A DNA stretch of 64,000 nucleotides, taken from assembly GCA_973895155.1 (NCBI GenBank), contig OZ316895.1:20722803-20786802 (forward strand), given 5' to 3'. Source of the DNA: Marsupella aquatica. Taxonomy: Eukaryota; Plantae; Marchantiophyta. The notes below the pieces were generated by a model. That model searched no databases. It was not told the origin of the DNA and saw nothing but the letters and a program-made list of their open reading frames with translations. Shown here piece after piece: positions 1 to 13,624 of the stretch. Every line of letters begins with the position of its first letter. Position 1 is the first letter of the stretch. The position numbers and the translations under genes are program-made.

Positions 1-1096
1 CAGAATACTCAACTTCTCCCCTTGGCAGAACAGCTTGGCATGGCCATGGATGATTTTTTGTGAGATCAGCTTGGCAAGGCCATGGATGAGTGTGACATTG
101 GGAGATTTTATCAAGACAATACTACAGTGGTCATGAGTTTCTAAATTTCTTTAGCTTTCGATCTATTCCGAATTCTACAATTGGTTGCATGAAACTTTTG
201 TCTCAAACAATTATGCAAAGTTAGTGATTTGATGACATTCTTTCTCTCTTCATCTCTCTGCGTGTAGAAATTGAAAATGATTACTTTTGATTGCTGAAGT
301 GGGCAATTAAGCTACCCACACATTAAACAGTAGTTCACATTGCAGCTAGTTTTGTGATTGATGTTAATTATGGTTGCCTTGGTAAGTTTGGCAAATGTTT
401 CAAGTGTCAAACATTGACTTGTCCATTTTTGAAAAATCAAAATGTAAATAAAACCATTATTGGGAGCAGTTTTACCTCAATCTTTTGTCTTTTGATTTGC
501 ATGTCAATTTTTTTTACATTCTCTTTTACGGCATGGCTTCCCAGTTTTTACAGAAAAGTTGTCACAAACACGAATGCAAAATTTAATTTTATCCCCAAAA
601 AAGTCTCTTTTGCAGCGTGCCATGATGATGTAGTGCACTGTGGAGCCTGGAATTTAGGAATGGGACCCCGTAAAAACAACAACAATGTAACCCTGTGAAA
701 ATGTTATAGCCTTTTGTTTATGGTCAAAAGCTTTTATCTGCAACTTTGAAGCTTTGAGACGCTCTAATGGATTGTTCACTTGCACTAAATTGCAGAATCT
801 CTTCTTGATCCTACATGGCAAGTAAATGCTCCTTTGGAGTGCTTACTTTGTCTAGGATTTTAAGCCACTGGAGAGGTGGTCCAAAAATTTGCAAACTTTT
901 AAGGGCTTTGTATTTAGTTAGCTTCATTGAAATTTCTAAAGATTTTTGGCGTGGACTCTAAGTATCGTAAACCACACTTACCCTTCAAAGCTACGGGTTA
1001 CCTGTAGTTACCATAAAAGTAGTTTTTCTTTGAGTTGTGGAGCAAACTGGCACGATAATGGAGAAAAATGAGTGGAATGTGGAACAAGCGGGAGGC

Positions 1097-1265
1097 CTTG
1101 GACACTTCCCCCTCGACATAGCCAGTGGTGGTTTAAGAAGAAGAAATGGCCCTCCAGTTTTGCTTTGCTGAAGAAAGGGGGAGGTCTTGGACACTTCTCC
1201 CTATATATGGCCATCAGTGGTTTAGGAAGAAGAAATGGCCCTCCAGTTTTGCTTTGATGAAGAAA
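1097..1265. repeat. Two-copy ~90 bp tandem duplication
   Basis: TTGGACACTT...AGAAGAAATGGCCCTCCAGTTTTGCTTTG occurs at ~1098 and ~1188. Confidence 0.8.
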
Positions 1266-3738
1266 CTTGCAAGTGCGCCCACCACTTGTAAAGCCACTCT
1301 AAATATCATCTGTAATAAAAGCTTTTCCATAAACTTGACCTATGGTTTGCAGAAAGATGAATTAGACAGGACTTACAGTTCAGAGACTCTCAACAAGTTG
1401 ACTTCAGGTGTAGTCTTTTTGTATCAAATGCCAATACTAATGTATTTGTCGTTTCATCAGAACCTGTAAGCCTAACCTATGGTCATAATACAACTCTCAC
1501 CTGTGATTCTAATAACAATCCAATATCCGCATGTTGCACAATATTGTCAATAATAAATGATGGTGAGCAAAAGTTTTGTTGAGTGTAAGTGAAATGACCA
1601 GCCAGTTGGACACTGCTGGGAGTAGGAGAGATGGCCTGGCAACTAGATTAGTATGCAAGCTACGGGTAGAGTGATGGGAGGGGCTCAAAAAAGGATGCAC
1701 AATGGCACTTTCAGTTGTCACCTTAATAAAACTAGTGAATCCTCCAGTCAGAATGACATTTCATAAATTATCATAAAGAAAAAGTGAGAGTAAAATAGTG
1801 TTTAAATGTCATTTGGAACTAATTCTGGGAGCTATCTGTATATATGACATCCTGGTAAATGGGCATAACTGGCTATATAATGCATTAAATAAAAGAGGGC
1901 GTGGGCTAGAGTTTTGAGGTGCTGTTATTGCCTGTGATACTATCCTAACAGGACTTTTTACCCATATAATCTAAGAGATTTTTCAATTATGTTTTCACCA
2001 TTTTTGTAAAAGTAGTGGAGAAGTTGCATGATTATACATCCAAATTTGGAATGGTATTCTTCTCCAAAGAAAATTCATTTAAAGGCAATAAATGACAGGT
2101 GGCCCCAAGACCGTCCACAAGAGGAAAGGCCTGGAAGGTCCCAATGACCCCATTCGTCAACCACGTTCAGGACCGTGAGAATGAATCATGACAATGGATT
2201 GAAGTTGATGATTCGTCATGCTCATCAAATTGCACAACGTTTATTAAATTATTGGCCACCAGCAGCTTTCCAATACTCCTGTAGAGGCACTGACTCGCTT
2301 CGTCAACTGATTTCGAGTTCGTATTGTATCTACTTGCAGAGCGGCCCAAAAGCGGACCGCTTTCTAATACTATTGTAGAGGCAACGACTCGATTCGTCAA
2401 CTGCTTGGAATTCGGATTGCATCACTCTACTTGCGAGGGGGTCCATAGTCGGTTCAGCTTTCCAATAGCTAGTGTCGAGGCACTGATGATTCAGCCTAGT
2501 CACTCAATGCTACGGGGCACCCGTAATCTGCTCTTGTCCTAACTGGTTAACTTCAAGTCTTCAACAATCTACAATCGACTGTTGTGTTGACTCACTTTTG
2601 CACTCTGGACATGAGTGCTCCTCGATCGTGCTAAGCATGTTTTCCGAATCTCGAGCACCTACAGTAGCTAGCTTTGTACTGCTGCTAGCTACTGAGGAAA
2701 AGTACAGGTTTGTTTTTCTTGGGACAAAGGAGGGAAACTACTGTATATTGTGAGGTCGGTGAGTAGGTTGCAAACGTCGTAAGTATGATCGCTCTACAGA
2801 TTCGGGATGATCCACACTAGAATGACAACAGACTTGCGAGCAAAATCTTCGCCACATACATAGCTTACTCACTAAATTTTCTCCACTTTAAGAATGCGTT
2901 TGGTTGTGTTGACTCTGCAATGGCCACAACAAGAGTCTGAGAGCTGGTTGTTGATGCATGCGCTTATTGCAACTACTGCTAGTTACGTGATGTTCAAACG
3001 GTGGCAGGCGAAATCTCAGTTTACATTACTGTAAGGTAATTTTGATACAATGGAAGTGCTTGCACCTTTTTCGGAATTTCCCAGCTGCAAAACATGAAAA
3101 CCTTCAGCATTAGGACAACTTCAGTCACTGGGTAGTCCGATCTGTTTAGTGTAATGGACAATGGCGGATTCATTCAGGGGAGTCTGACTGCATTCCACTT
3201 CCACTACAGACGGAAGGGCTTGAAGGGTTATGTCAGAAGGAGGAGGAGAATGGTGAGCTCAGGGAGGGACGATGCCTAGTATTCCCATCCGGCCAGCCGA
3301 TTACTTGCAAGTGTGTGAAAATCGACACGAGAGAGCTAGGCGCGACGGGTTCAGGCCCATTGGTGAACCGTGGAATATGCTGACCGAGGATCCATGGCTT
3401 GAAGGGCTTGAAGGGCGTGAGTTTTGGGGATTTTGACAGTTGGAACAAGCTGTATTTTCGTCGAGAATCGTACCTTTAATGTGGGGGAATTTTGCTGAGG
3501 AAGGAACTGTGTTTTGTTATTTGCCTTGATAGACGATCAACTTTAGAGCATGCTGAGGACAGAGCGGTGCCAGTTCTGCTTTTCCGGCATTGGAGTAAAA
3601 ACAGGCGCGTTGCTCAACACATTTTGCGAAGCCGATCCATAGCGGCCGGAGTCGCTTTCGTGTTTTTATCAAAGAAGCAACAAATTTAAAGGCGTATCCA
3701 AAGCCAAAAAAGGTCCTTAGCTTTATACAGATCGAGCT

Positions 3739-4629
3739 ATGAGCAGATTCTTTACAAACAATTGCTCACATCTTCTCGCAGGCATAACATTTTATATTTT
3801 TCTGCAATCCGCAACAGCTGATGTACATGCAGAAATCAATGTGAGGCGCAGCTTCGACAATGCCACGGTATCCAACCATACTTCGGCCCAGGCCAAAATC
3901 TCCAGCGAAATCCTATGCTACAACCTCCCATATGGGGGCCTTGGCTTTTTATCGCATGTCCTCACATACTACACGGCAGTGTGCATAGGCATCGGAGTCC
4001 GGCCCTTGTCGCCCTGGAAACAAACTAGCCGCAGCCGCCGGCGATGCAATTTGTTCATTGCAACACTACAGCTCATCGCCTCTAATGTCATTGCTATCAT
4101 CACGATGTTTAAGTGTCGGAATGAGTGGCAGTTTATTCTGATCAGCTTGTGGCATGCCTTCTTGAGCACAACGCTCGGTTCGATGGTTATTCACCGAGGC
4201 ACTCTTCAAAGGGACGAGGACGACGACTCCAAGGCTCCTTTTAAGTGGCTTGCCTTCTATGTGATTGGTGTGATCATTGGTCTCGTCGGTGTGTTTTCGC
4301 TTGTGACAGAAACGTGGGAGATTCAAGCTGTGAAAGACATAACATACGCCTTCGGTTCCGTCGGAGCTTTCTTTGCATTGCTTGCTGGCATCCTCTGGTT
4401 GCTGGTTGTACTTGAGGATGGTGATGGCTACTGCGAAACGTTGTGGGGAACGATAGGAATGACGCTTTTCGGCGCTGCTTCTCTTACGGGTCTTTTCGCG
4501 GCGTGGTACAGTGACTGGTTGCTGGGAGTAATGTCGGGAAATCTTGAAGGTGGGCCTGGACGGGGCGCTAACAAGGTTTTGTGGTGGATCTACTTTATGT
4601 CAAAGAGGTTGCCAATGTTAGTTCAGTAG
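3739..4629 (+). CDS. Intronless multi-pass membrane protein of unknown function (296 aa), fungal-like family
   Basis: Intact 296-aa ORF with signal-peptide-like N-terminus and ~7 hydrophobic segments. Motifs CYNLPYGGLGFLSHVLTYYT and YSDWLLG..GNL.G.P...LWWIYFMSKRLP resemble, from memory, uncharacterised fungal proteins. Confidence 0.75.
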   Translation: MSRFFTNNCSHLLAGITFYIFLQSATADVHAEINVRRSFDNATVSNHTSAQAKISSEILCYNLPYGGLGFLSHVLTYYTAVCIGIGVRPLSPWKQTSRSRRRCNLFIATLQLIASNVIAIITMFKCRNEWQFILISLWHAFLSTTLGSMVIHRGTLQRDEDDDSKAPFKWLAFYVIGVIIGLVGVFSLVTETWEIQAVKDITYAFGSVGAFFALLAGILWLLVVLEDGDGYCETLWGTIGMTLFGAASLTGLFAAWYSDWLLGVMSGNLEGGPGRGANKVLWWIYFMSKRLPMLVQ

Positions 4630-5429
4630 ACTTGAATAATCAACCGAGCTCATGTCGATCATTAGTCGTAAATATATGAAAGATTCCATAGAAAATTGCC
4701 ACTGTAGTCCATCTACATCTCAGAGTGACTGAGAGGTTGAGGGACTAGTCCACGAAGAATCCACCAATGCAGTGCCCCTGCTCCCTAAGTAACGGCTACC
4801 GCACGGCGTTCTCCATTCTCCTCCATGTGTGCTTTGCAAAGGGGTTTGAATTTTCGGTACTCTATCGAAGAATTGGATACTTTAAATGACGAGGAGTGGA
4901 CTCCTGGCGTTCGTCACTTATTTTGTGAGAAACATAGGAACGAATGGCATGAGCTCTTTGCCCCACTCATGTAGGAACACTGAGTGAGAGACTGCCAAAG
5001 TGGACAACTGCTAGCGATAATGTCGAAACACTCATTGTGCCGCAGATGATTCTGGAAGCGACAGATGCTCGGAGGGCCATACTGGGGAAGTACTGACATG
5101 AAGCACAGCAAAAATTGCGAGTTGGCCCTCAATTTCCGGCTCCCCCTAAACCGACTCCGAAATGTTCAATAAGCTCTTCAATTCTATTTCCCTTTGAATT
5201 TCGCTTCTGAGACTTGGCCCTCAATTTCCAGCTCCAGTAGAGATTATAAACCAACTCCAGAAAGTCTGGGTTGGCATTTTTTTAGAATCGGCCCTCAATT
5301 TGCTGCTTCCCTGGCGACAAAAAATCTCCCCAGCATTGGTTCGTCAAAGCTGGCTCCAAATATTTAACTAGTGAGATCACTACTTCTGTCTCGTCAACTC
5401 TGGTTCCCCAAGATTTCAAAACTCCCCAA

Positions 5430-5885
5430 TCTATGGATTACTGAATGACCCTCGATTCCTAGCCTTCCGTCCTATCTCTGTAGACTGAATTTCATTTCAT
5501 TCACGGTCATCGAAGCTCGGATTTTTTGAACTGATCCCCTGTGATAGTTCTTACTCCCTAATTCTGCGTATTACTGAATTGACCCTGGATTCCCAACTTC
5601 CTCTATTCTCTTGGTAGACTGACGTTCATTCACCCTCATCGGAGCTCGGATTTCCCGAACTGATCCCATAACAATTTTTGCTCCCTAATCTGCGGATTTC
5701 TGAATTGGCTTTCGATTCCCTATTTTCTTGGTAGACTGAATTTCAATTCACCGAGCTCGGATTTTCGGAACTGATCCTGTAATAATTCTTGCTCCCCCTC
5801 TAATCTGTGTTAGCCTCGATTCCCAGCTTTCCCTAGTTTCTGTGTAGACAGAATTACATTTCATTCATCGTCATCGAAGCTTGAA
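5430..5885. repeat. Degenerate tandem repeat, ~4 units of ~115-135 bp
   Basis: GTAGAC(T/A)GA...TCATTCA...GAGCTCGGATTT...GAACTGATCC recurs at ~5480, 5614, 5731, 5844. Confidence 0.75.
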
Positions 5886-7598
5886 TACGTGGGCCCGAAA
5901 GAAAAGTCACGTGCTGGGGCCACAAGTGAGCAGAGCTGTAGCGCAAAGAGACCAGTGAGAAACTGCTACTGTGCAAGTCCATCCAAAGCCTTTGCTTGTT
6001 CTGCGGACCGTCTAGGCCTCTAGCCTTGGAATTCAGCCACAGGAAGGATAGGAATGGGAATGAACCCTTTCGGATTCCTATCACGTGGGAAATGCACAAT
6101 CTGCTTTCTGGGAAAGTTCCCTTTGTCTCTCATGGGAAACGGAGCGGCTTTCTAATCATATAGTTTTTCATTTTTCGAAGGAAATCTTCCTTGTCTAATT
6201 TTCATCTTTCATGGAGGTCGAGGAGAGTTCTCTGGTAGTTCAGGTTCATGTACAGGGGACGCGGTCATCACTACCAAGACTCGTTCAAGTTAGGTTACCT
6301 TCATTTCAAGAGTTTGTGTCCATTGACCCTGTCCTCAAGCTATTAACCTGGGCCACTTTCACCATATCTAGCATTCTCACATAGGCAAGCCTGGATTCGT
6401 TCTTCAAGAGAGAAGGCATGGGCACTGGCTTGAGGCTAATCTAGTCAACCTTGATATGAGAAGTCTGGGTGGCCATGTGTTTTTTGTTGGGGTTATCACA
6501 ACAATTTCTTTTCTTGTGGGTTTACCTGTTTTCTACACTTGTGGAAAGTCTTGTGATGACACATGTGTCCATCTTCTTTAGGGCAGTATAGACACCACCA
6601 TATTAATTCATAATGTTGTGAGGGATGCTGGTGCCCAATCCTCTACAAGAGTTTGGTACACGTGAGGCAGGAGGTGGTGCTTGATTGACCTAGTTCTCCA
6701 CCGCAAACATTTCGCACCGGTCTTACCATGGTACAAGATGACAGGTGTACCTTGGTTGATGTTGTGGTAGAGCCAACCCTTTGCATGGGGGCATCGTCAG
6801 GATAGTGGCATCACAGGCAAGGGTAGCAGCAACAAGAGCAGCAACTGAAAAGTATGACACATATGCAACACAAGCATCATAAAATACTTTAGTTTGCTCA
6901 CCATTGCTATGGGAGACCCCCATCATTACTTTGATGAGCTCATTCAACAGGAAGCTCAAGACATTCATGTGCGGAGCAGTCCAATGGGACCACTGCAATT
7001 TGTTTTGACAACAAACTTCTATCAACAGATTATGATGACATTATGGGGGATCAAGCCCAGGAGATCCATTGTACATTTTGAACAGCACTAGTCCACCATA
7101 GCAAAGGCTTGCCCACTTAGAGTACATCCAATTATGCCCCACTTGCAAACTTACTTACAACTAGATGGAGACTATTCTAATTGATTTGATAATCACACTA
7201 TTGCATTGATAGATGTTTTGGTTAGTTTTCCTTCATTTTAGATTTTTGGGGTTCACATTTGCCCTCTTCTTTTGAGTTTTGTATTTGTCCTTTCTAGACC
7301 TCTTTTCTCTTTTACTCCACTGTACTTTGTTTGGCTGTTTCTGTTTTTTGCCTATAAAAAGGCAAAACATAAAGACTGGATAACCCAAAAGGGAGGCAGC
7401 CCAGGACTATTGTTGTGTCACCAAGTAATGATTTCTTTTTAGTGGAAATATCACAATTGAGGGCTCAGGGCTCAGGTCTGAGAGAGGCTCAAGAAAAAGG
7501 GGCCAAGTTCTTGATTGATTAGTGATGGGACAAAATGGGCCACACTCTTAGCTTTCTTTTTCAGGAAGGGAAACCTCAAGCCACACAATTGGGCTGAG

Positions 7599-7660
7599 AA
7601 CCCCAATTTAAGGAATACTGAAGTATTAGATTAATTCCAATTTTATCTAAATATTATAAG
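7599..7660 (+). repeat. Left terminal inverted repeat of the giant transposon
   Basis: AACCCCAATTTAAGGAATACTGAAG...AATTCCAA...CTAAATATTAT matches the reverse complement of ~32677-32732. Confidence 0.85.
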
Positions 7661-7810
7661 TTAATGAATGATCAACCTCTTTAACATTTGGTGGGATAGT
7701 CAAAAACTTCAAATGTTTTGTTGCAAGATCTTTATAACAATGCATCACTAAATGACATAGTACCTCTTGATCCATGCACAAATCCTTAATTAAATTGTCA
7801 TTCATTGTTT

Positions 7811-8345
7811 CAATTGTCTATTTAATTACTATAGGGTTGAATACAAAAAATATTGACCACCCTTTACAACAATTAATAGGATTGTTGTATATTACAATGT
7901 CTACTGGACATTCATTTGAATGTCAATAATATCATGCCTTAATATCACCAAACTAAGGCCCGGGCACTGTCTAACTAATATTATATCTTAAATAAACTAA
8001 CCAACTAACTAACTTGTCTATTTAATTACTATAGGGTTGAATACAAAAAAAGATTGACACGCACCAGGGTGCGTGACCTACAATCATAGTATCACCCTTT
8101 AATTTGTTAGTTTCTATTGTTTTGACTCAATCAGGCATGGAACCATATAAAATCAAAAATCATTGAAAGTTGAGTTCACTTGAAGGTGTAACTATAATTA
8201 TTATTTATTAATAGGATTGTTGTATATTACAATGTCTACTGGACATTCATTTGAATGTCAATAATATCATGCCTTAATATCACCAAACTAAGGCCCCACT
8301 AACTAATATTATATCTTAAATAAACTAACCAACTAACTAACTTAG
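7811..8345. repeat. Subterminal direct duplications inside the left end
   Basis: ~140 bp ATTAATAGGATTGTTGTATATTAC...CAACTAACTAACTT at ~7872-8015 and ~8207-8343; TTGTCTATTTAATTACTATAGGGTTGAATAC at ~7814 and ~8014. Confidence 0.8.
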
Positions 8346-8437
8346 ACGATAAGACTTGTCTAAACTTGAGTTCTCTAGCTACTACTATTCTGAGTTGCCT
8401 TTTAAACTGTATGCTAAACTACATGCTTCATTACTGT

Positions 8438-11400
8438 CTAGGATTTGTCACTTGCTATGCATGTCAAGAGATAGTCTCTAATTGCCTTGGCAGCAACATT
8501 CTTTGGAATTCCTACCAGCCGTGTCACTGGTCCTTTGCGTGCTTTGAAACACCACAAGGCAGAGGAAACATCTATTGTCTCAGCTTCCTTGTATATTGAA
8601 GTTGGATCACATTCCCATTTCTTATCCCAAGAATCTGCCCACCACTCTCTTGGCTGCCAGCCTGATTGACCACGTTGCTTCTTTGCCATAAATGGTCTAA
8701 ACCACTCAACGCCACATACATGAGTAAGAAGGTTTTGTTCATTCACTGGTCCTTCTACCACATCTGTAACAACTAACCCCATATGGACGGGATAAACATC
8801 CAGGTCTGAGTCGTCCGGCCGTACCAACACATAACAGCCCTTCACAACATCAACCCTAGGGTTAAAACTCTCAGGAGGTTTATCTTTTGCTGGTCCCACA
8901 TAATCCACTGTTGCCTCCAACTCACATGCCACATTTCGATATTCTGGTGGAACGTGCTCTCTCCATATTGATAAAGGCCAAAACCCGTATTCCAAGTTGT
9001 GTGCACCTTCAGGTTCATATTGCACCTGCTCACCCTGTAGAGTATCTACAATGTCATTCCAATAATTGATGAGAGTTGTCCAACGTCGCTTTGGTTCTTC
9101 CTCTTTTGTTCGCTTTAGAATAAACTCAAAGAATGACACATGCTTCTTCAACCCTGTCAGCACTTTAGGAAGCAATTTCAACTCCATCATTGGTAGCCGT
9201 TTGGGCACCCCAATTGGGATGTGAGGACTTTTGTCATCTTTCCATGACCACATTTCAATACCTTCCTTGGGTAACCATCCCTGATCAGTTGACTTCATTT
9301 TGTATTGGAAGCATGGCATATTATCATGACGAACATAGAACCTAAACAGCCTGGGTTTTAAATGCCCCACCCCAATGCCTCAGGGCCCTTCAACATGAAT
9401 AGAGCTAAGTAGTTTTTGAAATCTGGGACCTCTTGTAGAAAATGTGGGATTGCATTGGGTGTCCTTGCTCTCATGAACAAGGACATTAACTCAGGCAATG
9501 AGTATGTGGGGTTATGCATCATAGACTCTGAAAAATGCCCGAACATACTGTCAACGTCCTCATGAGTATGCCCAACCACCATAAAACCAAGATGAACCTC
9601 TTCAAACACCTCCCTTGCCGTCAACAATGACAAATAAGCCATCATATATTTGTTCTTGTTGTCTGAGGCACAATTATCCAGTTGTAGCTTCAATACTCGT
9701 GGAAGGGGCCTGAACTTTGGTGCCTCAGGTGCTGCATCACAATGTAACAATCTCATAATGCTTTTAAATAAAACCCTAGTCAGACCCTAAACCCCAATTT
9801 AGGGTTTAGGGTTTAAACCCTATTAATGAAACCTTGGCTAGGAGGAGCAACAACTACACAAAGTAGAGTGTCAGTGTGTGTGAGCTTATATTATTAAATA
9901 ATAATAAATTAAAGGATTGTGAGTAAAGTACCTAGGCTTGAGATGTAGGCAATGTCATCCTCAAATGCTCTAAGGACACTTGCCTCCAAGATATCTGCTC
10001 TCCCAAAAAGGAGGTCTTTAAAAAGACTTGTTGAGTCTGGCCCCTCCACAAGTGATTTGATCATTGGATTTGGGTTTTCCAACATCCTTAGTATTGAATC
10101 AATTGACCCAATAGTGATGTTGACATCACCTGGCCACACTCCAACATGATATTGGGCTATGGCCTTGGGACTATGATGACCATGAGTAAGGATACCAGTG
10201 ACAGTAATTGGGAACTTTTGGGCACCATCCACATGCTTAGGATTGAAGGGCATTCTTGGGAGAGCTGTCTTTGAATGATCCATCTTATCATGAATAAGGC
10301 ATAACACTTCCTTTGGACGATGGATGGACTCATATCTCCAGGTATGATAGCACATTCTTTGCTGTGTGTGGTCTTGGTGATGTTCCTCCTCGTCACGCCT
10401 TAGGCCCTCTAACTCTTCCTTAGCTCCTGTAAGGTTTGCTTTCCGTTGAAGCAACTCACTACAAGTTGTACACTTTGAAAAGTTGTTGCCCTTTTTGTGA
10501 CGTGAGAACTCCCTGAAATACATCTGATGTAGATGACTCAAGGTGGGTTGGGAAATTGGAGGAAGACCAGCCTCCTGGTTGACAACATTAACCCTGTTTC
10601 TAATATTCTCCCAAGTAAGATTTGTTGGCAATTCCCTCAAAACCATCCTTGTATTATCTGCCATGGTTCTCAACTTGGTTGGATGATGATCAGTTGCCTC
10701 CTCAATAATCTCTTTCATTGACATGAACGCTTGAGATAATTTCTCGGACATACGCCTTTTTCCAGCATTACCATGGGTACCCATGTTCATTCCAGCCATC
10801 ACAGTCTTCTTCAAGGCATAAAATTGAGTCTTTCCTCTTGAATGAATGATTCTCCATGCCTCCAAGCACAATACTTTGCCCTCCACTGCTAGAATCCTTT
10901 CTCCAGTACCCAAGTGTATTGTATTTTTAATAGCCTTGATTTCCTCCTCCTTGCGCTCCGCAAAAGATTTTGACCACCACTTTTGCCTAATTGCCATAGC
11001 CAAGTTGCGGTCCAAATATTGGCAACAATGTTCACTACAACAGTCCTTAGTGTTTATCAACAACACATCTTGACGTGCCAAAGATGTGTCTCTTCTAGAT
11101 GTCTGGGAAGATGGACTCTTTCTTTTCCTACTTTTATGGACGTAGGACCGCTCGCCACTTGTTGGAGATGTGTTCCCTCCCATAACTTGCCTGATGTTGT
11201 GGAAAGACAACAAGTTGCCATCCTTGGCAATGAGTTGGTCCATCGACCAAGCTTTTAAGCAATCTCTATGCTTCAGATGATCTATGGTAGCTCCCTCAAC
11301 AAAATCATTGATCAGAATTCCCACATGTGTATTCCCAAGGGTGACATCCCCAAGCTTCACTATAGGATCTAGAACATGTATAGTTGCCACTGCAAAAATC

Positions 11401-11846
11401 AACTTGTTCTCATCCACCACCTTTACAGGCATGCCCATCCACAAGGCCTTTGGTAAAACTACTTCCACACCAGACCGACTCTCATTATGGTTGTTCCCAT
11501 CAGAATTTTGATTGACTGGATCTTGATCATCACCAACAATGCCAAACACATCCTCCAATTCCATGGGAGCTCAAAAAAGCTGATTCCTTTCCCATACAAG
11601 GTAACCCCCAATCATGTCCTTCAAAAGTTCGCCATCTTCGCATAGAATGGTCTCGTCAAAAACTTCCTCCAATAGAAGAAGAACTCTGTCCGCCCCAAGA
11701 GGAACATTGTGACAAACCCTGGAAGGATCAAGACTTATCACACGACCTTTTCCAACCTGTTTCTCACGTATGCCTATAATAACTTGTCCGCCTTCCCTGA
11801 TCCAGACTGTCGATGTCACCATAATAATTATGATCCTGCACATCAA
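8438..11846 (-). pseudogene. Sola1-like (DUF7869-type) DDD transposase, spliced, with one in-frame stop and one frameshift
   Basis: ORF 11571-11846 joins 9932-11564 in frame through a TGA. GT-AG intron 9732-9931 joins in frame (..SL-A-PEAP..). Frameshift near 9370 into ORF 8438-9370. Catalytic-type motifs HDKMD, LQLDNCASDNKNKY and GHTHEDVDSMFG, plus Cys/His-rich KCTTC and CC.EHCC segments. The 5' exon was not located. Confidence 0.8.
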
Positions 11847-11899
11847 AGAATATCACTGTAAGCATACAGGCCTGTCACGTCCGTCAATTTCACTGCACT

Positions 11900-12480
11900 A
11901 TCCTGTCACGTTGGTCAATAAGCAGAATGTAGTCAATGCATTGCGCTGCACGCGTGACCCTAGAGGTACCACACATACTGGCAACAGACTATGCATGGTC
12001 CATCAGTCATTTCAAATGAATGAGAACAACCACAATCGATTACGATCAATCATTTCACATCCACTCAGAACAAATGAGTGGACAGTCAATAACTACTGAG
12101 GACAGTAATGCTAATAAGCGCCAGTAAAACGTCCATGAACTGCATTGTCCTATCACGACCGTCAATAAGTAGGCAAAATGTAGTCAATGCACTGCCCTGC
12201 ACGCGACTAGTCGCGTGACCTTAGTCAGAGGGTGTAGGGATAACAGGGTCTACGACGTAGAAGCTAGAAGGCTAGGCCCAAACTCTAGCTCGTACTTGGT
12301 ACTTCATAAGTAAGATACGATTGCGCGTGAGACAGGAAGATACAATTACGGATCTAAAGGCATCACACATACCGGTAACAGATTATGCATGGTCCGTCAG
12401 TCATTTCAAGTGAATGAGAACGACTACAATCGATTACAAACAATCATTTCAACTCCACTCAGAAAAATGAGTGGACAGTA
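11900..12480. repeat. Imperfect duplication upstream of the transposase
   Basis: GTCAATAAG...AATGTAGTCAATGCA...CACGCG..GTGACC and CACACATAC.GG.AACAGA.TATGCATGGTCC...AATGAGTGGACAGT each occur twice (~11914-12090 and ~12160-12480). Confidence 0.75.
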
Positions 12481-12864
12481 CCAGTTTACCAATGAGTGGA
12501 CACCGGACAGTTAGTAACTACTGACCCTCATAAGAAATCTCAGTACTTCACTAGCAATCAGTATTCCCGGGGCGGTTGCCAAACGTGAAATTAAAGCCAT
12601 AATTAGAGGATAACTGAACTTCCTGCCAATTCTAATACGCGCCAGTCAAACGCGCACTCTCTTCTAGAAACCACTATGTACAATGACTAGTGGAGACTAA
12701 GCAGTATAAAGCATTGAGATGATCCCTATTGCTCATTCCCCCACGCATTCCACTTTCTGGCTACTGGATAATCTATTCGCACATCAGCTCTCTCATTTCC
12801 AATTCTTAGTCTCGGTCCGCATCTCTTGTTTGAAGGGCGATGACTACTCCGCTGAGCTCGAAGA

Positions 12865-13380
12865 ATGGATGTTCCGATGGATGATTCAGAAGGTTTGACG
12901 TATCAAATTCATGGTACTCCTTACAGAATGTGTTAGCAATGTAATATAATGTTTACGGTGACTAAATCAGGTCAAATGTTTTGTGAGAGACGACATTGTT
13001 CGCCACATTTGTCGATGGAAGATCAGATGGAGACCAATCCGACAGAGATGACTACAAAGATGGCATCAGGGGAGAAGTTAAAGGGCAAAGCCCTTGTGGA
13101 ATCCATTTCGAGGGGGAAGAAGTTGAAGGCCAGAGCATGCGTCGAATCCATTTCGGGGGAAGCAGCAGCAGACGCTAAGACAGTCAAGAAGGAGGCCAAG
13201 AAAGTGGACGCACCGAAGAAAAGGCAATTAGAGATGAACGAAGATTCTGATTTGTATTACAGAAAGAGCAAGCCGAGAAAATCTATGGACGTTAGGACTT
13301 GGGCAAAGGAAGAATTTCTGGATTCAAGGGAATCCACACCAGACACCGATGAGTGGATGCCTTCATCTTGGAATGACTGA
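12865..13380 (+). CDS. Small charged hypothetical protein inside the transposon (possibly 2 exons)
   Basis: 143-aa Lys/Glu-rich ORF 12949-13380 with internal repeat GEKLKGKALVESIS/GKKLKARACVESIS. A possible exon 12865-12892 plus intron 12893-12970 joins in frame. Confidence 0.4.
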
Positions 13381-13624
13381 CTCGATCGAAGTCAACAATA
13401 TTTTGAGTAGTCGAAGATTAGAACTACAGATTCAAGAGTAGTTCAAGTTAGAACTTGTTATAGATACTGTGTAGCTTAATTTTGTCCCATGGAAAATAGT
13501 GTTCGAAAGACCAGGTCAGTTAAATTCCTGGATAGTGCTAGTGGATATGGATTCCACATCCAAAGTCCTTCGGGATCGATGTAACCATTTTTGCAATCAA
13601 CGAAAAATCATCCACGAGATTCCT

